DNA of 64,000 nt from Felis catus (taxonomy: Eukaryota): positions 31,496,001 to 31,560,000 of the forward strand of contig NC_058371.1 in assembly GCF_018350175.1 (NCBI RefSeq). Direction: 5' to 3'. This document shows positions 39,255 to 50,958 of the stretch, piece after piece; the first letter of the stretch is position 1; every line of letters begins with the position of its first letter. A model generated the notes under the pieces. The model was not told where the DNA came from and ran no database searches. It worked only from the letters and a program-made list of their open reading frames with translations. The position numbers were made by a program, and so were the translations under genes.

Positions 39255-41639
39255 CTATGAGGAACATCAGTGCCAAGACAATGAGCTAAGGACACATTTT
39301 TCGGCGTTCAAAAGAGATGCTCAAAATGAGCCAACTCTGAAAAGGTTCAGTGACAAAGGTGAACCTGATGTGACAACCTATTCATCACTTGATGAGTCAG
39401 AACACACTGGCAAAAGTTCAAAGCTTATTCTAGGTTTAAAGACAAAACAAAACAAAACAAAAACTATCTCTCTCCACTGACATAGAGAGAAAATGAAAGA
39501 ATGCCTACCAAACTCTCTTTAAAGAACAGTGTAAACGTTTCAGATAAAGAAGACAATATTTTTTAAATGGCTTTAGGCTAAATTTCATTAAAAATAAATA
39601 CACCCACATGTAAGGAAGTCAATTCCTGGCATGGTTTGTGTAGGGAAAAATTAACCAAGTCTGTTGTCATGGGATACTCTACACAAACACACTTCGCTCA
39701 ACCACTGCAAAGTTTCATTACAATACGTTCTTTATATTTGCTTTTTATCTTTGGGGTGAATCACATCGATTGTAACAAAGGGGGAGTGAACACTTCAAAT
39801 ACACACCACTTTAACTACTAGGCTGTTAAGAAAAATGTAAAATTTTGTGATAAGATGAGATGGCAACTTCCAAAATCTACATTGTTGATGCGCTTGTATT
39901 TTAAAGGTTGCAAAAAATTATATATGACAAGCAGCATGTGAGGGCCAGGAATGCAAGAGAACTGGTACACTGTGACTCCTCTCTATCCCCAATGCTGTGG
40001 ATGGAATGGGATATTCATGTCCTGTGTTCAGTGGACATGCACCTGCTGTATCCCCAGGTGGGGAACAAGTTGAAGCACACAGGCCACCGTTTTAATATGC
40101 AAAATACGTCAGAGGATGACATTCATTTTGATAACGGTTACCTTAAAATTCAGTTACAAACCAATATTCTTAGTAAGTGCTATTTATATTTAGCACCCAC
40201 CAAAACCAGAAAATTATAGCAAATCTTTAAAAAATATATGGGGGGGGAGAATAAATAAAAATGAGAATAAACATATAAGCTGCTAGACACCTAGGGAAAA
40301 AAGATACTGTTACACATAAATGCACACACAGCCGGGTATAGAAAGTATTTATTTTTTTCTCTAACATAATGAAAAACAGTGAGATCATTTTAATTTTATA
40401 CACTGTAGGGTGCATCATCCTACTACAGACTTTGGGAAGTCAAATGGGAATAAACAGTCAACAATTCCTGCACTTGTGTAAGACCTTTACAAAATTCCTG
40501 TCAGGTACCTTAAGTCACAAAAGCCTCAAAACAAATTTAAGAGGTGGGTGGGGCCAGATTCTTATTCCCATGACACATAAAGAAACTGAGGCTGAGAGGT
40601 TAAGCCACTTGCCCCAGGTCGCCTGATCCAGTGGACTTCTCTCTGCCCACGATGATCTCCCCCTTTTCCCCCCATTACCCAGCTGTGACAGGATAAACGT
40701 CGCCTGGAAGGCAGGGGAGAAGCCCTTAGTCACTGCGGTACCTGTCCCGGCCATCACTGCGAATCCCCGAGCCAACATCATGCTAAGAAAAAAATGAGAC
40801 ATCACCGCCCCGTCCACTCGAGTCCCTTCCAGAAGGCTTCTTACATAAGATGCTGGCCGTGATGATGGAAGGAGGGAAACCATACTATAGGTCCTAAGAT
40901 AATGTAACCAGATTTTTTTAAGGGTAGAGGGGGCGCTCTTTGGGGGAAAAAAAAAAGGTCTTGATTGTTTGCTTTCTAAATTTTTCTCCCCACACTGTCA
41001 AAACCAAACTGTCTTTTTCATTCACGAAGACAACAAATTATTTGAGGCTTGTGGCAAACCTGCTCCCCACCCCCTCTCCCCAGACTCCTTCCTCCAGAGC
41101 TGGGAACATGGAACGTTGGGTCCTCTCCACCCACTCCCTCCTCCCCGAGCCCGGCCCTTTGGGATCTTGGGTCTTTGGCCTTCAAGAAAAAGCTAGTACC
41201 CACCCTCTCTTTAGCACAGCCTGGTTCATCCTATAAAATCCTCCTGAGCACACGCCCCCTCCCCTGTGCATTTGTTTCCACGTCTCTCTCCTGCGGATGG
41301 GTGTGCCCTCGTGCATCCAGAGGAAGCCGGGGTGTCCGTAGCTAAGAAGGAAACCAGAGCGAAAGCGCGCCCTCAAATCCAGCCCTAAACACATCTTGAG
41401 TTTACAAGGATTCTTTCGGTCTCTGCCTCAGCCCTGGGTTCTACCCAGCAATCAGCTGGCCAATTGCAATTGCACATCATTATGTAACAATGAATTTCCC
41501 TCGCCTTCCCTCTCTCCCCGGGATTTCATTCGGGGATGTAGAGAACTAGGACTGGTGAGATTTTTCCAGGAAAAGATGGGGAGAGGGTGGGGAGGGCAGG
41601 AGAGCGTTGAAAACAAGAACCTGTGTTCATTGCCGAAGC

Positions 41640-42480
41640 ATCGCAAATTCATCGCTTAGATGTTTTTTCTCGGGATTTACAAACTAACAACTCCAGGCCC
41701 CAAACTGCGCCAACACCTCCGGCCGCAGCGATCATTGTCTGGCCGAGGCCAGGCCGGGCCATCTGCTCCGCGCGTCGCGCAGCGCCATTACCTCCGCGAG
41801 CCCCGCTCCGCGCTGTCCCCAACGCCCACCCTCCCAGCCCGCTTTGTATGCGCCAACACAGGCGCCTCCTTGGCTGCAGGAGGGGCAGAAAGTCACAAGA
41901 AAGCGAACCCTGAGCCCTGCCAGGGTTCCAGCCCCACACCGGAGGGCGAGGAAGCAGAGAGGGCCACCAAAAACCAGTCCGTGATCGACAAAAAGCCCAC
42001 GCCTGGCCCCCCACCCTCTTCTGTTCATCACCGCGTCCCTATTTTTCCTTCCAGTTTCCACATCATCCCGGCACTCCCGGCCCTTTCCAGCATCCCTCTG
42101 CTGTCATTACGCCTCCGGGCTGAAACCCGCTCCTTTTTCTAAGGAGCCGGAGGAAGGCTCCAGAAAGCCTTTATGGTGGGGGCGGGAGACACAGGGAGAA
42201 TCCATTTCTCCATCTCCCCCAGCCAGCTCCTGGAGTCCAGCCTCGCAGCACGCAGCCCGGAGAACAATATCCGAGCTTCAACCATGCATATTCAATCTGG
42301 CATCCATTTGCTTACACCCCGCAGGCCAGCACTGCAGCATCTCGAACTGACAATAAAAGGATACAGCGGATCTGGCGCGCTACCTAAGACGTCCTTAATG
42401 CACTTACGCTCCTATTTTTATGCCTTACAAATTATGTAGCTTACGATTCTAGACGGCTGCGTCTCCCACTACAATCGCCT
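41640..42480. promoter_or_regulatory. CpG-rich extension of the island into intron 1
   Basis: Local CpG enrichment (e.g. CGCGTCGCGCAGCG at about 41770) in the 5' part of intron 1. Confidence 0.6.
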
Positions 42481-42632
42481 TCTTCAGCAACAGGAAAAAA
42501 AAAAAAAGGAAAAAAGAAAAGTTGGGTCCCTCTTTCTCCCGCTCCTTAAAAAAAAAAAAAAAAAATTCCTTGGATGTTCCTTGCCACAAAAGGTTGCTGG
42601 CCGACCGCAGATTTCCCAAGTACCAAACTCAC

Positions 42633-42671
42633 CGTGATGCGTGGAATATTTTTCTTCCCCTGATAAGACAT
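42633..42671 (-). CDS. DPYSL2: DPYSL2/CRMP2 short-isoform (CRMP2B) coding exon 1, MSYQGKKNIPRIT
   Basis: The reverse complement reads GAGAGAG ATG TCT TAT CAG GGG AAG AAA AAT ATT CCA CGC ATC ACG|GTGAGT. This is the canonical CRMP N-terminus: 39 nt, phase 0 donor. It is too short for the ORF track. Confidence 0.97.
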
Positions 42672-42834
42672 CTCTCTCCTGGGAAAAAAATAATTTCAAG
42701 AGGACACCTTTAAAGCAAAAATTGCCAGGAAAGAGATGGGGTTTTTTGCAGGATTGAAAAAGATGCAACCGCTTAGCTGGTCTTGCTGATAGCAGATTTC
42801 AAGAACGTAAGGGATAAATGCAATCCTGTCTCTT
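42672..42834 (-). other. DPYSL2: Visible part of the DPYSL2 short-isoform 5' UTR (truncated by an assembly gap)
   Basis: Contiguous with the ATG and has no upstream ATG on the minus strand. Resembles the human DPYSL2 5' UTR as I recall it (GATTGCATT..TTACGTTCTTGAAAT..GCAAGACCAGC..AAGCGGTTGCA). Confidence 0.8.
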
Positions 42835-43034
42835 NNNNNNNNNNNNNNNNNNNNNNNNNNNNNNNNNNNNNNNNNNNNNNNNNNNNNNNNNNNNNNNNNN
42901 NNNNNNNNNNNNNNNNNNNNNNNNNNNNNNNNNNNNNNNNNNNNNNNNNNNNNNNNNNNNNNNNNNNNNNNNNNNNNNNNNNNNNNNNNNNNNNNNNNNN
43001 NNNNNNNNNNNNNNNNNNNNNNNNNNNNNNNNNN
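42835..43034. other. Assembly gap (200 N) covering the likely TSS and start of the 5' UTR
   Basis: Run of N between the promoter and the visible 5' UTR. Confidence 1.
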
Positions 43035-44060
43035 CACAATCGTGGGATATGCAAATGAGCGCGGGCGGGGAGGGGAGCGGCGCGAGAGCGCGAAATGCTG
43101 CAGTGTGCCGCCGAGGGCGGCGGTCGGTGCGTGCGCCCGAGCGGGGAGCGCGCCTTTCGCGCCCTTTCTTTGGGCCAGGGCGTCGGGGACTGTAGCTGGC
43201 TGCCGCCCCAAATGCAGCATCAGCAACTCAAGGACAATGGAGGGGTGGTCTTTACGGGCCGGGGAAGCCCGGCCCCGAGACGGTGGGCTTCGCTGCAGCC
43301 CGAGCGGCACGCACCCGCTCGCGCGCGCCCCGCTGGATGCCCGCCCGCGCGCCAATCCGCGGAGGCCGCCGCTGCAGCCCCGCGTGGGGTGACTGCGCCG
43401 AGCCAATGGCTTTGCTGGCGGCGAGCGCGCGACTGCACCGCCGGCCGGCGCCGCGCCGCCCGGGAGGGGCTCCCGAGCCCTCCTCCCGCCGCCCTCGCCC
43501 TTCGCGAAGGCTCGCTCGGCCCCCACCCAGGAGTCGACGGGGAATTCAAATGGCAGCGAGCGGATGGAAGGGGAACGGGGAGGGGAGGGCTCGTCGCGGC
43601 GCCGCGCCGACCACGCCCGAACGCCGCCCGGCCCCCGAGAGAGGGGCTGCTGGACGCCGGCCTGCGAGCCGGGCGGCGCGGGGGCGTCGGGCGCGCGGCC
43701 GGGCTCCCTGGGGGCGCTGGGGGCGCCGGTCGAGGCGAGGCGCGGCCCTCTGCGGGAGGAGAGCTAGCCTGAGGGCGGACGCCAAGTCGCAGGCTTCCGT
43801 GGCCTGGCAGCGGGCAGTAGAGGCCAAAGCCCTGAGGACCCTGAGCAGGGAAGGGAGGCCGCGCGGGAAGGCTGTGGTCGGCTGCTGGAGCTGGGAGAGA
43901 GAGACAGGAGACCACGCCCTGAAAGCCTTTTACGGCCCGCGGGGCGTCGGGGGGAAGCCCGGTCTGCGGCCCTGCTCTCTTTAGGAGTCAGGCCCGCTCA
44001 CGCCCGTTTGGGGGTTTAGACGGGCGCATTTCACCGGTGCCTGCGGATCTGTTGAAGAAA
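43035..44060. promoter_or_regulatory. CpG island / promoter of the DPYSL2 short isoform
   Basis: Very GC- and CpG-dense sequence directly upstream of exon 1. Contains a GC box GGGCGGGG (43063-43070), an octamer ATGCAAAT (43049-43056) and CCAAT boxes (43352-43356, 43403-43407). Confidence 0.9.
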
Positions 44061-47000
44061 AACTTAAGATTACCGTGCCCGAGGATTTACAGTGCTGCAG
44101 AGGGGCCTCCACATCACACAATGGGACCGAAAGAGGTGATGAACTGTGGAGAAGCAGGAAGAGGAATGAAAAGATCTTATACCCCCAAAGAAATGGAAAC
44201 TGAGTCATACGAAAACGTCCGGAATCAGAGTTAATAGGCGACTCTTGATTTCCCAGGCAGATGCTAGTTACAATTTGAACGGCTCTCTTGGCGCTAGCCA
44301 TTGAACAGGCCTGGAATCCCTTAGCTTTGCGGGTCCAAATCATGCAGTGGCACTCTTCCTGCGGAATCCCTGGTCCAGTCAACTGGTCCCAGTTGATCCC
44401 AAGGGGTCTACCAGGGGTCATCTCTTCGGAGATGTTGCCCAAGCAGGTACAATGACTAAAACATCTGGGCAGGCCCATGGCTTTGGTTTTCTCGACTTGA
44501 GATCAAACAATAGAGGAATCCTTCCATAATCTAGGCCATCGGGCAGCCGTGAAAAAAAAAAAAAAAAAGAATCCGTTTAATTGGCTCATACCTGCTCAGC
44601 AAAGATTAGCCAGATAAAGACAAAATAATCCTAGGGCTACTGTGGGCCCACGTTCCAATGTCTTTCTGCATCTGGCCACTTTGGATGGTTATCTGTCCAA
44701 AAGATGTGAGATTGTACTCTTTCGCTCCTATTCTGATAAATTCTAAGATCCCAGAAAGGAGCTTTAGGGCATGCAGCAAGCTTCATGGTGGATTAATTCA
44801 CTCAAGTTCCAATTAGCTGTGCATTTTGAAAATAAAGTAGAAGCACTCCTCCTCGCCCCCCCTCCCCCCACCGCAACTACATGATGTGCTAAGAGCAAAG
44901 TGACTTGACGTCAGCAGTTTTTGGTGTCATCTTGTAAGGGTTAAAGTTACAAGTCTGAGAAAGCTAAAATGTGCCCTCCTACCAGTGAGAGCCAACTGTA
45001 GGTTCCAACAGGGGTGGGGGCAAGTGTCCTATTAAATCATGAAAAAATACCACTTGACAAGCAAGCAAATAATGAGATTCAAATTAATTTAAAACAAAAT
45101 GACTTCTAATTAAATGGTTAACATTCTTGTTGTATTTTCCCACTCCCGAACCTTTTGATCTTGACAGATTGAACTATATCTCGTTATTTTCTGATTTGCC
45201 ATCGAATATTTTGCTTTGTAATAAAAGCTCCTAATAGCTTTTATGTCAGTCTTATTTGTATTAGCCTTATTCCAGTAGCCATCAATATGAGTCCACGGTA
45301 ATTGACATTTCCACTTACACATATTCAAAGATTTAAGGTTTAAGTTGATTTGTCTGTTCTGACTAGCGCCTAAGAGTATTTGGCACAAAGAAGATACCAA
45401 ATAGTTTTCATTGGCCAAGGAAAAGAACTGTCTGCAATCTGCATTTCGTACCATTCTTACCGCTCGATGCAATGCAGAAAAATAAAAGGGGGTGGGGAAG
45501 AATTTTCCACCCACTCTGCACCGATAGACTTGTTAACATAGACTATTTTCTCACATTGTCTTTAAATAAACACTCAAAATTCCTGTAAAGTTACAAATCA
45601 TTATCCCCAAACCAAATATGTTAGCCTGTTCTCGGATGTGGTTTTTCTAAACTTTTAAAAAATTAAATGCATTTCAAACATGGAACACAAGCTTTCTACC
45701 AGGTTCTATACCAGTCTCTGACCACCGCCTCCTCTGCAGCTTTACCTCCCATCCCTGACACCCACGTCTCCTCCCCATGCTCAGGGGGTACACGCAGACG
45801 TGCACCAACACGCACACACACTGCCCCTCGAGGCCGTGTGCCTTCTCAAATCCATGCCCTGCTCTGTGTTCCTCCCTTCACCTCTCTCCCTTTTCCCTCA
45901 ACCCTTCCTCTAAAAGGGACCTTGAAGATCCCCTCCTCAGTGAAATCTGCTTCCCTCCCGCCCCCTAACACATTAAGCACAACCTCCTGTTTTCGCCTCT
46001 CCTGAAACATACACCCTTCTGTATTATAATTACTTGTCCGTTTCTTCTATCAGAGCATGACTCCTAAAAGCTAAGAGCCTTGCATTTCTTTTTCTCCAGT
46101 GACCGGTACCCTGCCTGATCCGTGGCAGGGGGCCCTCAGTGTTTGACATATAACTAAATGCTATCGTGTAAGAAAAAAAGGTACTTCCATGTCACTGCCA
46201 CGGTGAGTTTTAATGTCAACAAAATCCCCAACTCAGCCTTTCTCTTAGCACTGTCGCCTTGCTGGGTCTTCCTTCTCTTCTCCAAGTCCCGGAAACTGCA
46301 AGATCATTCTTGCAGTTTAGATCATTCTTTTCTCCATTCTTCCGTTATTCTTTGTACGTGCCTGCAGAACACCCTTTATCATATCCCACCACCTACACAA
46401 TACATCCTCCAATATACCATGCTGAGGGGAGCAGGATTTTCCTTCCGTTGAAAGTTTGAGTTCTCAGAGACTCAGAACTCTTTCAAAAATCTTACCCACG
46501 TCTTCCCCCATACGGGGTCTGACAGGGTGGGGACTTTAGATGTACGAGTGATGACATTCAGTCAGGATTTTTAAGATGTTTGAGTCCTACAACCTGCCGG
46601 GAACTGGGGGTGGGGAGATGAAGTCCCGTCACTAGGGCGCTGCAGGGTGACTCGGCTGCTTTCAGTTCCTCAGCCCCCTGCACAGTACGTGTCCTGTCTC
46701 GGACCAGGCCCACCACGTCTCTTGGTTTCATCTTCCCCCTTTGGGAAGCTGCAAGTAGCCATTTCTGCTTCTATGCTCTCCCCCCCCCCCCGGCCCCCGG
46801 GCCTCTGCGGAAGTGGAACGTTCAGGATGTCACAGAGTAGGGAAACTCCAAAGCATAAATTTTGACGGGAAGAGTGGAGCCTAGACGCAGCAAAGAAGAG
46901 AAAACTCCAAGGTCCCCACATTGCTGCAGTACTGACGCCAAGGGCTATAGCCTCAAGTGCAGTCTGCAGCAGAGGTTAAAATTAACGCAGTGGTAAAGAG

Positions 47001-50000
47001 AAGGTCCTGGAGTTCTTCCTTGCCAAAAACTAAGGGCATTGACTAGGACACTTGAGCTGGAAGTGATGCCTTCTTCTCTGCAGATGGAATCGGGCCATAA
47101 CAACTGTTTCCTTTGTGTGCATGACCCTGAAGGGGCCCTCTGCAGAGGAATAGCCAAGGGCCAACGGATCCAGGCCTTTCCAGCGGGTGCATTCTTTACC
47201 CAGGGTTACGGAGTGGTGACCCATGAGGGTGGATGTGACTGGCCCTCTGAGCCAGATGCTGCTTTTTCTAGCACCGGAAAGAGTATTGGTCAACTCAGTT
47301 GGGGCTGGGAAAGCGTCTTGATGAAGCCCTTACTGGGTGAAGACAAGAGGCCCATCGGTGCCAATGCTGTCAGACAGCACGACCCGGGGGAATGCATGAA
47401 CTTCAGAATCTAGTAGCTTTTGGCTTGCTCCTCTTATGACTCCTTCATTGCCTGCCTTGCACATCATCCTCTGTGCCACTGCAGATTTCCCCTGGGCTCT
47501 TTGTGCGGGGAGCTAGAGACAGACAGCATGGTCTGCATTGGCCATCATGCCTCAGGCCCGCCCTCTGGTGGTAAATGAGTAGAATGCATTCTTGGTCCCC
47601 TCTGTCCTCATCTGGCAGGTGACTCAGGACTAGAAAAAGGCTTTGTCTCGGGGTTCCTGGAATGACTTTGCCTCTGCTTCACAACCACCTGGGGCCCCAG
47701 CTCAGCCCTCCTGATTAGAATCTCCAGAGATAAGGCCGAGGGATGTTTTTTAACTTGTTCACCTCCGGCCAGTTGCCCACCACATCCTGCTTTTTTACAG
47801 AAAAGGAAGCTGAGAGAAGATGAACTAACCCTCAGGTCTCAGGCCAACCGGGGACTTTTCCGACTCCCCAAAGTACATGGATGGCCCTGCTCTTTACCCT
47901 GTGGGGACGCCTTATGAAAGAGTGGTAAATGGTCCCACTATCTTTCCACTTGATCGCCTTCTAGTAAAACGCTGGTTATGTAGTCAGTAGGAGGCAATTA
48001 ACATTTGGTGGGCACCTACCACCATCTCTGTAAAGCACTGAGTGCTTATTTAATCCTCCCCCAAAATCTTACAAGGGAAGTCTTCATATCCTTATCGTAT
48101 AGACAGGAGAAAAAAAAACTCAAAGAAACCTCTTGTCCCAGGCCCCGGTACACGCAAGAGTGAGAACAGGGTTCTTCTAATCCAGGTCTGTGTGACCCCA
48201 CAGCCCAAGGGGCTAGTTCTTTAAATGATAAAGTACTTTCGTAGCAGAAACCAGGGCCCACGTTGTGAAAGAGGCAGCTCTAGCTGGTCTGCTGTCTCTT
48301 TCTTTACCCCTTTCACAGTCCCCGGCTGCCCCGGCTGCCTCTCGAGGCTCCAAGGACCTCCTGCATTCCTTAGACACCCCCCCCCTTGTCCCAAAATTAA
48401 TTCTCTGTCTCTCTTTCCTCATCTCCCAGCAGGACTCGGTTTCTGTCAGTGACCAGCCCTCCTTTCATCATAACCAGAATAGATTGCTGCCAACCTGTAA
48501 GTGACCAGGGAACCCTTAAAATGCTACCTCTGAGCTAAAAGAGGAAGACCCTGATTGGCTGCTTGCATAAATAAAATGCAAACTGTCTGTCAAGACCGCC
48601 TTCCTTCCCAGCCTCAACCTGCCCTCCCCGCCTCCTCCCCCTCCTCCCCGGGGGCACCCTGGTTTCCTTCCGTTTCCTAGCCTCCTCTCAGTGGCCTGCT
48701 GCTGCTACTGTCCTCTTCTCCCATTCGCTGCAGAAATGGCGCCTTCTCCCCCTTCACTGTCCTCTTCAGGAAGACTCTCCCTGACCACCCTGTCTGAAGC
48801 CTGCCCCCCACCTCCACTGAATTCCCTATCTCAGCCGCTCCTCAACAGCAAAGATCTCAATTGCAAGTATTTTGTGTATTTGTTCCCTTCTGCATTTTTA
48901 GCCTCTATCTCGCAACTGCAAACTCCCTCGGCCACCTTGTCCTCCGCGCCACCTAGCTGAGAGCTCACGACACTCCACGAACACGAGCCGAATGAGCAGG
49001 GCCCCTCCAACGGGCCCCCGGGCAGATTTCCTCCTAGAGCTCTGCCCCACTTTGCCAGCCCAGGTGACCCAGGCCTCTCTTTCCACCTCTGCCTCCTCGA
49101 CATGCACCTGCCACCCCTCAAGTCCTCGTTTACCCAAGTGTTCAAAATGCCAGACGGCAAGAATCCGCCTCGCTGGACTGGGTCATTTGGCCCGAGTGGC
49201 AGCCACTCATGACAGTGTGGGCAGGTTTCTCTCCCACTGGGACCTGTCCTTCAGATGCACCAGGCTTGGCCTTCACCAACACAACTCACCGCAGGTCTCC
49301 ACCAACACAACCCCCGCAGGTGGGTTTTCTTTTCTGAGCCCACGCTTCGGGCTCGGGCTCCAACACACTCAGGAAATAAAAGCAGCTCCGTGTCCGTCTG
49401 GGCCCTCCTTGATCCAGAAGGTGCATCCGTTCCGCAAGGGTCTGAGAAAACGTGTGAACTGTGTGCCCAGGGACTACAAATAATAGTTCAGGAGTTTAAG
49501 TCTCTTAAAAGAATCCAGCCGCGTTCAAATACTGAGAACCACTCACTTATTCAAAAGCACTCCATGCCTCTCGCCCATTCGTTCAAACGGGTCCCCTAGA
49601 GACCTCTTTGGGGGCGATTTATTGGCTTAGTCTGTGAATTCTTGGAAGCAGTCCATTTGGATATTGTAAAGATCTAAAGAATTGCTAAATTTTCCCTAAT
49701 TAGAGGTGTCTTCCTGCCCCCCTTCCTCACTCCCCTGTCCCCTGCCCACCCACGGTTTGTTTTCAAGTTTGAGTTTAATATCCGCAGTGTGCCAGCCCCA
49801 GAAGACCAAAGGGTAATCAGGAGGCGAGCTCGCAAGCCCCTCACACACAGCCCCTGCCCTCCCGGGCTCCAGAGAAGCTGTGCCCCCCTGCCACAGGTCT
49901 GGGCTGGGGGCTCTGTGCCCCCCACGATGGCGCCCACCAGAGGCCAAGCACCATCCAACTTCTGAACAGGTCCAACCTCCCTCAAGACAGAGAAGGGGAC

Positions 50001-50924
50001 CCCCTGGGCCACAAGCAGATAAGGAAGTCACTGAGAGGGGAAAGAGCCAACTGGGGCGGTACACATGCGGGCCTTCAAACCAGACTGCGCACCTCCAGGC
50101 AGTGCTGACTTCGTGGAGGCCTGCAATCAATCCAGGGGTGGAATCCGAGTGCCCCGAGAGTTCCCTTCTGTGCCCCGGGAACTGAGGAATAAAGTTAAAT
50201 TAGTAAAGTGGCCACTTGAAGGTGACTGGCTAACACGGGAAGATAGTAATCCTGGGGGTCTTGGGAGGGGAAGGGCCACTGCCTTCTTTGGGGTATCACC
50301 CTCTTTCTTTGGCTGAATTAAGTGTTCCACCGCCTCTGGGTCCCATGCTATGCTGTCCTGAATCCGTACTTGTCCTAGAGTGCAAATCTGGCCCTGTTAC
50401 TCTTCTGTTTAAAATGCCTTCATGGCTCCCCAATACCTGTGTCACCAAGTCCAAAATCGTTAGCACAACGTCCAGGCTTTTTGCATAGCGTGGCTCCTGC
50501 CTACTTCTCTTGCCTTCCTGAGCGCTCTCTGCGTCCCTGTTCCACACCCCATGCTCCCCGGATGGGTCAGGTTGACGGTAGCCTGTGTCTAGACTCATAT
50601 CTCCACCCCTCCCAGCACCCCCACCCCCTCTCTGACCCCTCACGCCATCGCCTCCTCTATGCAGCACTCCTGAGACCCCAGGGAGAGCAGATCACTCTTT
50701 CTGTTGTGCACCACCGGGCCCTATAAAGACTAGCAGGGTGCCTGAAGCAGTTTCCCGTGCAATTTCTTTATACACTGTCCCCTTCTCCTAGATGATAAGC
50801 ATCTCGATGGCAGAAGACTATACTTCCCTTCTTCAGCGCGCACCCTAGGGCCTTGCATACAGTGGGCACACAACAGATTCTGAAAGAATGGATGCATAAG
50901 TAGATGGGTGGGTGAATGAATAGG

Positions 50925-50958
50925 TGGATGATGGATGGATGGATGGATGGATGGATGG
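50925..50958 (+). repeat. (GGAT)n microsatellite at the end of an L2-like relic
   Basis: Direct tetranucleotide repeat. Confidence 0.9.

Noticed and set aside
42696-43984. Long overlapping ORFs (225-276 aa) on both strands
   Set aside because: Ala/Arg/Pro/Gly-rich frames arise from stop-codon depletion in the CpG island. One also reads through the N-gap. No recognisable domain.
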